DNA of 63,720 nucleotides, counting the filler, from Sanchytrium tribonematis (taxonomy: Eukaryota): assembly GCA_018985235.1 (NCBI GenBank). It is 24 parts of 24 records of this genome, joined end to end, with 100 filler letters (N's around TTAATTAATTAA, not from the genome) between each part and the next. Parts side by side here need not be neighbours in the genome. Positions count along the whole stretch, not along the records: positions 1 to 1,328 come from JADGIG010001326.1; positions 1,429 to 2,755 come from JADGIG010001327.1; positions 2,856 to 19,469 come from JADGIG010000131.1; 21 more parts are not named here. One strand, given 5' to 3'. The notes under the pieces are model-generated. The model was not told the origin of the DNA, made no database searches, and saw only the letters and a program-made list of their open reading frames with translations. Positions 1-10,339 of the stretch are shown one piece after another; position 1 is the first letter of the stretch, and every line of letters starts with the position of its first letter. Made by a program: the position numbers and the translations under genes.

Positions 1-1328
1 ATAGTAGACTTTCTACTGCCCATATTTATAAGACATAATAAAGGCACTGTCATTCATCAGTTGGACCTTCCAAATCAGAAGGTTTTGAATCATTGCCTAG
101 AGCCCACTTTTTTGGAAAAAGAAATTTTGGAAAATGCACTCCTAAAGTTTAAATTGGACAATGAAGGAGCTCGGAGCGATTTAAAATCTCTAATTGATGT
201 TGAAGTTAAAAAACGATCGAGACAACAAAAGCAATTTGTAAGTCGCCTTTCCCAAAAGTTTAATCAGCTTCGAAAACTATGTAGTAATCCTAGATATATA
301 AGCAACGAGAAAATAGGGACTGAAAAGAATCTACTTGACACTTTGTACCTACAATCTGCTATTGCCTATTTTAAATCTGCGCTAGAACTTTATGATTTAC
401 AATTACTATTGGCCCGTAATAAGGAACATCTCGGATTACATTTGGAAAATTTAAAAGAGTTGGGACACTCTCTGAAAGACATTTTTGATACTCTTAATAT
501 AGCAGCAGAAATACAGAAGCAACTGCATGTTTTGTATTCGAATGTAAACAAAATTCATATTCCGCCAAGCTTTTCAAAAATTTCAGATTTATTAGGACAG
601 TTTAAAAAAATAGAAATTGGAATCACATCAAATCAAGCTGCTAGGGAATTTCATTCTTCTATTGAGAATCTTGCAAGTGCATTTTTACTCAAATTACATC
701 ACATGCTGTTCATTTTTGGCTTAACTTCAAATCACTTGAATCAGACTGAAGATAATTTATACTTAGAAATCAGTACGGAAATCAGAGACGTGTCCCTTGA
801 TACTAGAATCAAAAGAATTAATTACTACCGCGTTTTACCGTTCCGTTTAGCCATCCAGGCCGAAAGTTTGCAATACACCTTTGGATGTTTAAAATTGGTT
901 CAAGATAAAATATCTAGTATATCAGTGACATTAAATAACTTATTGCTAAGCGACGTAATAGACCCTCCAGATTGCGAATATTTGTGCGAAAATCCTACGG
1001 TTTACGATAAAAATGCTCAAATTCAACTCAATATAAAAATTTACCAAGAAATAATACATGTTTTAACCATATACCTAAATTGTTATTTACGCGGTGCGCA
1101 TATTGCATTTGCAGTGCATTACACCACTGATCTGGAGATTGGACAACATGATCTATTCTTGAAACTCAAAAATAGAATTGGTGATGAACTTGGCACTTTT
1201 GAGGAACTTTACCAATTGAAAAGTTTACAAGCTTACCAAATTACGTGTCGGGAATACATGCACGATAACGATGAACACAATTTGTTCAAGACTACAGGTG
1301 CGTTTCTCAACAAGGTCATCAAAGATCA
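1..1328 (+). CDS. Hypothetical helical protein, partial at both ends
   Basis: Frame open from base 1 to the linker (>440 codons); no recognisable motif. Confidence 0.7.
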
Positions 1329-1428
1329 NNNNNNNNNNNNNNNNNNNNNNNNNNNNNNNNNNNNNNNNNNNNTTAATTAATTAANNNNNNNNNNNNNNNN
1401 NNNNNNNNNNNNNNNNNNNNNNNNNNNN
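1329..1428. other. Artificial contig linker (first of 23; others start at 2756, 19470, 20892, 22313, 23730, 25146, 26550, 27950, 29334, 30711, 32083, 33454, 50166, 51535, 52904, 54268, 55623, 56974, 58326, 59676, 61025, 62374)
   Basis: Identical 100-nt N-run/TTAATTAATTAA/N-run spacer with stops in all six frames. Ten small contigs of decreasing size lie between the two 16.6-kb contigs, as expected for a name-sorted concatenation. Confidence 0.98.
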
Positions 1429-1429
1429 C

Positions 1430-2056
1430 TACTGCGCGAGTATCAATCATGGTCAAGTAAGTGATGATTTCAAACAAATTGAAGGCGCATTAGTGACCAT
1501 TTCACTAGATGGGGCAGCAGCAGCTGGCATTGGTACAGATGGATTGGTTTATTTTACAAACGATATCAACAATCAACCTTGGCAACCGACTTCAGGAATA
1601 TTGAAAAATGTTGATATTTCCAACGGACAAATGATTGGTGTGACAACAGAAGGTGGGTTATACCTCGCACCATTCGGAACTTCAGACTTTATTCAGTTGA
1701 GAAAAGGGATTTATATTGATGCAGCCATTAATGGAAATCAAATTTGTGTGATTGGGGGACAAGGACACACTTTGTCGTGCGCGGATAATGTGACAAATGC
1801 GGAAAACATTAAATTTTACACGATTAAAGACGCACCGAGTTTAATGAGCATCAAAATGTCTGGAAACAAGATTTGTGGGGTGGATATGAAATACAGAGCA
1901 CATTGCGCAGATTCAAATGGCAAAAATTGGCAACTTGTTCATGAGGCAACTGGCTCATTTGATATCAACGATTATCATATTTTCAAAACTGGCAAATCTG
2001 GTAAAGTTTACAAAGGAAAATTCTGCAGCAAGTATGAGAAAGACTGCACTTATTAA
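1430..2056 (+). CDS. Tectonin-like beta-propeller repeat protein (putative lectin), 5' partial
   Basis: About 37-aa repeats FKQIEGALVTISLDG / WQPTSGILKNVDISNG / ICGVD; frame open from the contig edge. Confidence 0.55.
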   Translation, partial: YCASINHGQVSDDFKQIEGALVTISLDGAAAAGIGTDGLVYFTNDINNQPWQPTSGILKNVDISNGQMIGVTTEGGLYLAPFGTSDFIQLRKGIYIDAAINGNQICVIGGQGHTLSCADNVTNAENIKFYTIKDAPSLMSIKMSGNKICGVDMKYRAHCADSNGKNWQLVHEATGSFDINDYHIFKTGKSGKVYKGKFCSKYEKDCTY

Positions 2057-2078
2057 ATCAAAATCTATTTACTCACCT

Positions 2079-2755
2079 TCACTTACATTTGCAATGATTT
2101 CCGCATTTTTTAAAATTTTCATGTTTTTCTTTTATTTCTTTTGGAGTCAAGTGATGGACTAGAAAATATCTATTTTCACAATTGGCATGATCTGAATCAA
2201 TATCAGGGACGTCTACTAGTAAAGTATTGGTGGCAGCGAGCCAGACACCCAATGCCGCATCTTCATTGGGAAATATTTTAAGCCATCCATTTTCATATTG
2301 ATTCACAATATATTTGACTATATCAAATGATAGAGCATAGCCACATCCACCTAGAAATGTGGGATATTCGTGGGATGGATAGAATTTGTGGAAAACTCCC
2401 ATATTTTTAGCCATTCTTCCTAGAGCTGTTTTGGATTCACTTTTACTTAAAAGGTTATTTAAAAGGGACGGGTTGATCCAAACATCTGTATCTGTCTTGA
2501 ATATCCATTGTGGATTATAGTGATTGACTAGAAATTGATGAATAAAAACCATTTTTTGTGTCAGATCGTCATAGCTTTCTTTGAGAGGCACCGATTCAAT
2601 ATCTTGATAAATGGATTGTTCATATTGTAACTGACGTGTTTGGTTCACATTGTAATTAGAGTTACCAACGAAGAAAAGTAATTTGGTGTCATTTGAAAGA
2701 TTTTTAGCCCACGTCTCTCTGACTGCGTTTCTACGCTCTAATTGCTCTAAACTTG
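2079..2755 (-). CDS. GT31 beta-1,3-galactosyltransferase family, 5' partial
   Basis: RRNAVRETW, FKTDTDVWI (DxD), YPTFLGGCGYALS and EDAALGVW motifs. Confidence 0.9.
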
Positions 2756-2855
2756 NNNNNNNNNNNNNNNNNNNNNNNNNNNNNNNNNNNNNNNNNNNNT
2801 TAATTAATTAANNNNNNNNNNNNNNNNNNNNNNNNNNNNNNNNNNNNNNNNNNNN

Positions 2856-4087
2856 GCATCAAAACTCAAACTTCAAAGGCAATTGAACATATAAGAAACA
2901 ACAAACTACCCTATATTGTTGCTATTAATAAGGTTGATAGATCAGACTCTCGCGTCGATGACGTTAAGAAACAATTACTAGCTGCTGGTGTTGAACTGGA
3001 GGAAATTGGAGGAGACGTCCCTTGTATATCAATAAGTTCTACAAAAGGAACTAATATCGATCTTTTAGAAGAAAACATTGTTGCTCTTGCTCAATCTTTA
3101 GAACTCCAAGAAACATCGAGAAATTTTGAAGCCCTTGTAGTAGAATCGAGAATTAAAAAAGGAGTCGGTGCTGTTACTACCCTAGTACCGATATCAGGTA
3201 ATTTAGGGCGGGGCAGTGTCCTATACTTGCCAGAAAATAGCCTGGATAATCCTACACTTTGTAGAGTACGCTCTATTACGAGTTTTAATGGGCAAATATT
3301 GAAAATAGCAACACCATGTACCCCAGTTGAGGTTAGTGGTTGGAGACACTTACCTCCTGTTGGATCAAAAGTTGTAAAAGCGGAGTCAGAAGCAGCGGTA
3401 AAGAGACTATTTAAATTGCAGACATCAACGGTTGATATTATCACTAATCGAGTTGACTCTAATAATAACAAATCCATTCCAGTTTTTATTAAGTGTGATG
3501 TTTCTGGCTCACTGGAAGCTGTTGTTTCCATGGTTAATAGTCTTCCTGTACACAAATATAAATACCAAATTAATATAATTAAAGCTGAAGTTGGTGAGAT
3601 ATCTCTAAACGACATTCTATTAAGTCAAAAACTAGACGGTATTTTAATTGGTTTTAATGTCAAAGAACCACTTGAAAAATCCGAGTCAATATTAGTGTCA
3701 AATGTAATATATGACCTTGCTGATAAACTCAAATCGTACTTGATCGAAAAAAAACTGCCAATTCAAGAAAGTTTTAAAAGATTAGGAAGAGGCACTGTTT
3801 TGCAGCTTTTTGATTATGATAAAGGACAAGGAGCAAAGCAACGAATTTTAGGCTCTACAATTGTAGATGGCTTTGCGAAGTCTAATTCACTAGTAGATGT
3901 TTATAGAAATCAAAAATTTATTTTGTCCGGAAAACTCGACGAATTAAAACATTACAAAAAAAAGGTTGAAAGAATTGATAGCGGCAAACAATGTGGGATT
4001 AGCCTAGGTGATTGCAACGACAAACTCGCTGAAATCGGAGACAGTCTCATTTTTAAGGAATCATTTTATGAAAAAGCAACCTTGTGA
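2856..4087 (+). CDS. IFM1: Mitochondrial translation initiation factor IF-2, 5' partial
   Basis: IVAINKVD (G4), ELEEIGGDVPCISIS, IKCDVSGSLEA, LKHYKKKV...GKQCGI; continuous frame from the contig edge. Confidence 0.9.
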
Positions 4088-4111
4088 ATAAAATTTATGC
4101 AAAATATCCGA

Positions 4112-6649
4112 TTATTTTTTCTTTTTCTTTTGCTTCTTGTTTTTCGATTTTAGTGCCTCGAGATTCGGTGCTGAAACTTTGCACTTGTTTGGAATGGTTC
4201 GAATAATTTCGTCTACGCTAAGTATCTGTATCAATTCTTTTTCTTGAGAACCTAATTCTTTCTGCGAGAGAAACAAATTTAATGAGGTTTTGGCAGACTT
4301 GCCTTTTTTCTCAGTACCTGGAGTCAATTTCACTTTAAATTTAAAGGTCTTCATTGCCTCATAGGGTGCACATACTGGAACAGCAAACTCCAGATAGTCA
4401 TCTGGAAGAACATCAGATATCAACAAATCTATATCTCTGAATTGGTTCATTTCAAGTTCGGCGTCTTTAATTTTATCTTCGTCATATTGATCTTGAGTTT
4501 TTGTAGGTATGAAAAGCTTTTCTACGGGTCGCGTTGGTGTTATTTCATTCTCCGTAATTTTTCCATCGTTCTTCTCAAGTTTTCTTCCCTCCAAAATCGA
4601 AATTGCAATTTCTCTCTCTTCCTCATCTTGATCCTTATACTTTCGACTTTTCTTATTGGCTTGTCTTTTCTTTGTGCGATTGGAGGTTGCATTTTGTTTT
4701 TGGGGCCGTTTTTCCTTCAAATCTTTGTTCATGAGATCTGCTGGACGAGCCTTTGTAGACTCAATGATCTGAGTCAAAATTGGATTTTGCTCGATTTGGT
4801 CCACCATTGATTGAGCAAAAATATTTTCGGGCTTTTCGTTCGCAGCAAGTTCTAACTTTTTAAACGAGTCGATGTAATTTTGTTCTACTGGTTCCTTTAC
4901 GTGCGATATGGCTGACTCTTTATTAGTTTTAAACAATACTCCAAACCCAAGAACAAGTTGAATAGGAGGTAAAAAGTTTTTTTTTCCTCTGATCATAAAG
5001 GATCCCGTCTTTAAATATTCTCCTGTTGGTGCCGTAAGGCTAACTTGAGATGGAAATACATAATAAGCACTAGTCACAATTTTGCTGTCCCAAGCTTTGC
5101 TTAAACAAACAGTAAATGCACCAGCCTCTGCAAGACTTCTCTCAGGTATCCCGCCAGGTTTCCCTTTAAGAACGGTACTCGGGCTTCCGTTAATATCTGC
5201 ATGCAAATATAAATCACCTTCCTTCATGTATCTTTTGACTAATAGTTCATTCTGATGAGCATCTCTACCACCTATTGCGAGATACCCGTCACTTGTAATA
5301 AACCAGTGGAATTTCTCAAACCAGTAGACTGTCCTTTTTTTAATTATTTGTTGATCAACATAAAATTTTTCAATTTTGTTTTGCTCTTTATCGATAGATT
5401 TTTGAATCGATTTTAGTGATTTTTGGTAAGCCTGCTCAGTCCTTAAAAGTTTTTCAGTTTGATGCTTCCTTTTATCATGAAAATGTTGTACATTTCCAAA
5501 GTCTGTCAAATCAAGCTTTAATTTGACGAGAGTTCTAGATAATTCGTTATCAAGAAAAACCGAGACTTCTGATTTGTCAAAAAAAACTTTTTCTAAATGC
5601 TGCAATTCCGGGAATCGAATTTTGTCCATTTCGAGGACTTGCTCCACTTTTTCCCAGCCCATGCCAGTTGCTAACGCGTTATTGACGAGTTCCAGTATAC
5701 GAGAAACAAGAAGACTATGCTCTTGAATCAATTCTGCACTGTTTTGATAGCTCAATATTTCCTTATTTAATTCACCCATTCGCCTCTGCTGATCGTTTTG
5801 AATATCTTTAATTTTTTTGTTTAAAGCAACAGTTTGAGCTTGCTGTTTTTGGAATAATTTTGCCTGTTCAACTTCATTAAAGTACGTGTCCAAAGCCGCC
5901 GAAAATGTTTCAAATTCCTTTTCGATGTAATTTGGCAAATTCAATTTAATTGGAGTCACTGTATGAATGTCATCAATAAGAAGCATATTTGACCATTTAG
6001 AGTAGTATATATATCCCTTGTTTTCATTCGAAGATAATATTTTGGCGTTTAAGGATTGAATTATATCGAAATTTTGCTCCAATTCTGCTACTTGAGAAAG
6101 CAAATGATTATTTAAATCTTTACCATAATCGTAATTCATTAAAAATTTGCTGAATGTAGTTTTAGAAGGTTGCTTTTGTAAAAATAAAGGTTCAATGACA
6201 TTCTTTTCTTTGATTAAATTCAAATCTAGCTTCTCTTTAAAATCAGCATTCTTAACATCCTTCAAAATTTCGAAGATTGTTTCGTCGCCCTTAGTAAATA
6301 TGAGGTTTCCGGACCCATATAGATCTACTTTTAACTTGTAATCTAAATTAAATTCGATCAGAACCACTCTATCTAGATTTAGTTGACGAATATCCATAAC
6401 AATTCGATTCAGTAAGTGCGATCTTAGTACTGACTGTATTTGATGGACTTTGTTAATATTAGGCACATCATAATTTGTCAAGTACATCTTATTTCCAATA
6501 TCAATCATAATTTTACTTTTATCTGATAACTTAATGATTATTGTCTTGTTGCTCAACGAATGGACTGTACTGACTCTCTTTCCGACGCAATGTTTCTTCA
6601 GCGGTGGTACGAGTTTATAAATATCTATTAGTGAGAGTTTATGCTTCAT
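4112..6649 (-). CDS. RQC2: Ribosome quality control protein Rqc2/NEMF
   Basis: NFACT architecture: YWFEKFHWFITSDGYLAIGGRDAHQNELLVKRY, QVSLTAPTGEYLKTGSFMIRGKKNF, AVPVCAPY...KVKLTPG. Confidence 0.95.
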   Translation of the reverse strand: MKHKLSLIDIYKLVPPLKKHCVGKRVSTVHSLSNKTIIIKLSDKSKIMIDIGNKMYLTNYDVPNINKVHQIQSVLRSHLLNRIVMDIRQLNLDRVVLIEFNLDYKLKVDLYGSGNLIFTKGDETIFEILKDVKNADFKEKLDLNLIKEKNVIEPLFLQKQPSKTTFSKFLMNYDYGKDLNNHLLSQVAELEQNFDIIQSLNAKILSSNENKGYIYYSKWSNMLLIDDIHTVTPIKLNLPNYIEKEFETFSAALDTYFNEVEQAKLFQKQQAQTVALNKKIKDIQNDQQRRMGELNKEILSYQNSAELIQEHSLLVSRILELVNNALATGMGWEKVEQVLEMDKIRFPELQHLEKVFFDKSEVSVFLDNELSRTLVKLKLDLTDFGNVQHFHDKRKHQTEKLLRTEQAYQKSLKSIQKSIDKEQNKIEKFYVDQQIIKKRTVYWFEKFHWFITSDGYLAIGGRDAHQNELLVKRYMKEGDLYLHADINGSPSTVLKGKPGGIPERSLAEAGAFTVCLSKAWDSKIVTSAYYVFPSQVSLTAPTGEYLKTGSFMIRGKKNFLPPIQLVLGFGVLFKTNKESAISHVKEPVEQNYIDSFKKLELAANEKPENIFAQSMVDQIEQNPILTQIIESTKARPADLMNKDLKEKRPQKQNATSNRTKKRQANKKSRKYKDQDEEEREIAISILEGRKLEKNDGKITENEITPTRPVEKLFIPTKTQDQYDEDKIKDAELEMNQFRDIDLLISDVLPDDYLEFAVPVCAPYEAMKTFKFKVKLTPGTEKKGKSAKTSLNLFLSQKELGSQEKELIQILSVDEIIRTIPNKCKVSAPNLEALKSKNKKQKKKKK

Positions 6650-6676
6650 TTCCGCGTTTTATCTTTTATGTTTGCG

Positions 6677-6797
6677 TTTTCGATAAATTCGAACTTATTT
6701 ATTTTCGATTTTAAGCTAACTGCTTGATTTTGTTTTCTATAAATTCGAACTTATTTATTTTCGATTTTAAACTAACTGCTTGATTTTATTTTCGATA
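6677..6797. repeat. 56-bp tandem duplication (~2.1 copies) spanning the stop codon of the 6767-7435 gene
   Basis: Units start at 6677 and 6733 (ttttc[g/t]ataaattcgaacttatttattttcgattttaa[g/a]ctaactgcttgatttt[g/a]), with a partial third at 6789. Confidence 0.92.
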
Positions 6798-7435
6798 GTT
6801 TGCAATTGGCTCTGAATTTTAGACTTGGTGCGAAACGACACATCATAATATGACATCAAAAATTGTAGCCTCTCTAGTTGCTCAATTGTGGGGGCTTTAA
6901 TATCCATGCTTTTCAAAAAGTTAGCTACTATACGTTTGAGTGAATCACTTTTTGGATAATTATTTGTTATTGTTTCGCATAATTTAAATATGGAATCTTG
7001 GAATAACTTCAAGATTTTCTGATCATTTTCCGCACTTCGTTTATAAGGGTACTTGATAAAATCTCGTATAATTTTATCTGAAAAAGAGTTTAAATTCTTT
7101 TTTTCTACCGTTAGCTTTTTAACCTTTCTGACAAATCTATTTTTTTCTCTTATCTCGGATATTTTGGGAAATCTGCATCCTACTAATTCACAAAATGGTT
7201 TTAAAGCAGCCTTCATAACTGACTGACGCGATTTTCCAAAACCAGTATTTATCTGCAGATAACAAAGTAAGTGCTCCTCAAAATCGTATTTCGACAGAGT
7301 ACAGCTACCGCAATTTTGTCGACAATATTTTAAAAATTGTTTGACTTCTCGCTCATATTGAGTAGCAGTATTTTTGCTTAATTTGCCCTTAAATACCGGG
7401 ATTAGTTTGTCAAAAAAATATTCCATTTTTATCAT
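6767..7435 (-). CDS. Basic protein with tyrosine-recombinase/Crypton-like N-terminal (SAM-like core-binding) helix pattern, no catalytic domain
   Basis: LSKNTATQYEREVKQFLKYC...YLQ...SRQSVMKAALKPF resembles the integrase SAM-like S-x-x-T-x-x-x-Y...F / AL-K-x-F pattern; intact 222-aa ORF. Confidence 0.5.
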   Translation of the reverse strand: MIKMEYFFDKLIPVFKGKLSKNTATQYEREVKQFLKYCRQNCGSCTLSKYDFEEHLLCYLQINTGFGKSRQSVMKAALKPFCELVGCRFPKISEIREKNRFVRKVKKLTVEKKNLNSFSDKIIRDFIKYPYKRSAENDQKILKLFQDSIFKLCETITNNYPKSDSLKRIVANFLKSMDIKAPTIEQLERLQFLMSYYDVSFRTKSKIQSQLQTIENKIKQLV

Positions 7436-7492
7436 TGATTTGTTGTGTCAGCGGGAGACAAATTTTAAAATTATTTTAAATTAAAATTAATC

Positions 7493-8005
7493 CTATATAT
7501 TTACTTTGGCATTGCTAAAATCCATCTCGGGATGCATCTTTTTAAACTTTTCCAACATATCTAACTTGCCTTTTTCCTCGCTAGTTGGTAGACCCATTTG
7601 CTTTTGGCGTTGATCATACATCATCTTTTCCACCATGGATCTAGTTTCTCCATCCAAATCACCCAAATTTGAGTTTTCAGGCTCAATTTTGGTTGTATCA
7701 ATTTCTTTCATTCCCTTAAGAGGTGATGACCACCACTGCTGCTTATTTAACTTTTCTAAAATTACTTCCACAATAGTAGCATCCGATTTTTTTTCAAGTG
7801 TCCAAGTACAGCCATCAGGTACGACTTTTTCTTTATATTCACCTTCTAATAAGACTTCACCATTTGCAATGACTTTCATATTGGAAATTCCCAGATCAAC
7901 TTTGATAGATTTTTTAGATAAATTTGCATCTAATGTGAATGTAATAGCAACTTCTGAAAGTGATTGAGTCCATTGTCCATTTTCAAACGAATAATTTTGT
8001 GTCAT
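7493..8005 (-). CDS. nudC: Nuclear movement protein NudC (CS domain)
   Basis: WTQSLSEV, IDTTKIEPENSNLGDLDGETRSMVEKMMYDQRQKQMGLPTSEE, HPEMDFSNAK. Confidence 0.96.
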   Translation of the reverse strand: MTQNYSFENGQWTQSLSEVAITFTLDANLSKKSIKVDLGISNMKVIANGEVLLEGEYKEKVVPDGCTWTLEKKSDATIVEVILEKLNKQQWWSSPLKGMKEIDTTKIEPENSNLGDLDGETRSMVEKMMYDQRQKQMGLPTSEEKGKLDMLEKFKKMHPEMDFSNAKVNI

Positions 8006-8766
8006 GCTGTGTCGCGGAGAAAAACAAAAATGTTGAATAAGACTGAATATTTAATAAGGAATTTGTAGACGTGGTCTTTCTATAAAACCTTTTTTCCAAT
8101 AATCTCGGGTGGGTAATATTCCTGTTTCATTGTTGTCTTGTACCAAATCACATGCATCACGGTAATTAAATTTATTCTAATCAATGGTTTGACATGCTCA
8201 GCAGCAATAAATTTCACCACAAACGCATTCTCTAAGTGTTTCTTTGAGCCATTTCGGAGGACTAGGGAAAAGTCCCAGATTTTGAAATTGTGTCTTTTTC
8301 CTATAAAATATCGCGCGACATTTTGCTTACGCGGTGGCGTACTCTTATTTGGCATCACAAATTGATTGTCAAAGTTGACCTGTCGCCACTTGAGTCATTT
8401 AAATGATTCGCAATCATTTGAAGCGCTTTGTGGAGTAATTTACTTCGCTGTTCCAGGTATAGCTTGGACAATAGGGTTTTCCTTGATCGGGGTTTGGGAA
8501 ATGATGTTCTTATGTCTGCTGGAGTATTTTGGGCAGCACCTAAATGCAACCTTTAACAGTTAATGATGAATCTTCTATTCTCAAAAAATTAACTTTTAAG
8601 ACTTTAACTGGTTCATGCGGCTTCACACAAATAGCCCTTAAAAATTGATTAAAAAATGATTTTTATACTCCTGCTAAATGTATAATTGATATGTCTGCGT
8701 GATTTTGAAGAGAAATAGAAAAGAATCTTGCAATTTATATAAACAATTTATTTTATTTGTTGTAAA

Positions 8767-10020
8767 TCAGGTTTCCGGAGAAAACTGTTCTAATAAACTA
8801 CCATATTTGTTTGCTAGATATTGCGTGTCAACAGAATCAGCAAGAGATTTCGTATTTTCGTTCGCATTTCCTGGACTGAAGATAATAATTGATTCAACAT
8901 TTTGATTTGCTCTAAGATAATTGGATTTGGGAGTTTTTGATATAACACCATGTGGATGATGGCTGAAAGATTCTTGGTAAGACTTTGTTGATGATGGATT
9001 ACTATCTGTAATCACACTTTCCATTTGGCTATCATAATTGGAAGTTGCAAATGAATATTGAGATAAGTCTGGAACTTCAGAGTAGTTCATTGATTTTGAC
9101 GTTCTTTCGAATATTGTTCTTCCTTCGGCTTCTGAGTAGTAGCCCTCCTCTGAATATTCTGAATAAGTAACATTACTTTCTGAATACTCTGTTTCATTCC
9201 TGGGAACATCACTAATCATAGAATCTACATAGGTTTGTCGCTTTGCTGGACTTGAAGTAGGTAGAGATTTGGTATCTAAATCATCCTGATGCGATTGTAA
9301 TCTGAAAGTAATAATCGCAAACAAACCAAACTGCAAAGCTGCAGTAAAATTAATTATGCTTGTCATATAATTAGACTCTATCATAAATAATATAATATAA
9401 GAAGCATGCATAAGCATGTCAAATAATACGAAAACGATAACTGATTTGTTCACATTTAAGTTTTCATCTATTTTCTTGTAAACTGGAATTAGATACGATT
9501 TCATATATAAGATATTACAAATTGCACAATTTAAGGTCTGTGAAAAAATAACCACTATCAACATGTACAAAGCGAGGGAAGTTTGAAGTTCAGGTACAGC
9601 AATCACAATTATTGTCGCAAAAGAAAGCAAACTTTCGATCACCAACCAAACAAGCAATACTTTCGATAAAATTGAATGTGTATTGAGGCTTTTCGTATAT
9701 CTTAAATATACCACCCAGCCAAATATTTGGTATGACAAGGTAAATAATATATAAGCGGACTGCAGCGGCCAAAGCTGTTGAATATCAATTAAGTACAGGT
9801 CTCTAGCCAGTCCGATTGCAACACCAACAGTATATAACATCACGGTTGCTGTTGTTAAATACACAATTGCATTTCTAGAGCTGGATATAAAATATGGCAG
9901 TACAACATATGTCTGAAGCAATAAAATCATTAAAGCGGCGCATTTAACAATTATTTGTATGATCTGGGCTTGCGAAAAGACCGCAACATTGCTCGGTAGT
10001 CCCATTGATGAATGTAACAA
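8767..10020 (-). CDS. Multi-pass (~7 TM) membrane protein with Ser/Glu-rich C-terminal tail, GPCR-like topology
   Basis: About seven hydrophobic segments followed by a low-complexity hydrophilic tail; start codon uncertain. Confidence 0.6.
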   Translation of the reverse strand: MLHSSMGLPSNVAVFSQAQIIQIIVKCAALMILLLQTYVVLPYFISSSRNAIVYLTTATVMLYTVGVAIGLARDLYLIDIQQLWPLQSAYILFTLSYQIFGWVVYLRYTKSLNTHSILSKVLLVWLVIESLLSFATIIVIAVPELQTSLALYMLIVVIFSQTLNCAICNILYMKSYLIPVYKKIDENLNVNKSVIVFVLFDMLMHASYIILFMIESNYMTSIINFTAALQFGLFAIITFRLQSHQDDLDTKSLPTSSPAKRQTYVDSMISDVPRNETEYSESNVTYSEYSEEGYYSEAEGRTIFERTSKSMNYSEVPDLSQYSFATSNYDSQMESVITDSNPSSTKSYQESFSHHPHGVISKTPKSNYLRANQNVESIIIFSPGNANENTKSLADSVDTQYLANKYGSLLEQFSPET

Positions 10021-10339
10021 TCTTCTATTAAAAATATTAACTTGAGGTCCTGATTGGGTGCAAATCGAATGTTTTTCCTTGCTTTAAGTTTGCCCAAGAT
10101 AATTGGTTCACAGGCGCTTACTTCCAAGATTTTATTGGGGGCAAATTTATTTGCAAACAAGTTATATTACTGCAATCTAATATTTTCCTTGTGGCATCAA
10201 GTTAACGATGCCAAAAGAGACTAGAAAACTTTTTTAACGACTCGATTACTAAAAGCCTTGTACATTTTCGTATGACATTTATTGTCTGATGTACAAATTA
10301 AACATTATAAGTACAACTTGAATTGATTTGGTTAATTTT

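Noticed and set aside
1373..1384. TTAATTAATTAA recurring every ~1.4 kb as a repeat array or piggyBac target
   Set aside because: It is always centred in N-runs: an artificial six-frame-stop linker
8080..8563. Short overlapping ORFs between nudC and the membrane protein
   Set aside because: No recognisable motif in any frame and no convincing micro-intron joining them; left unannotated
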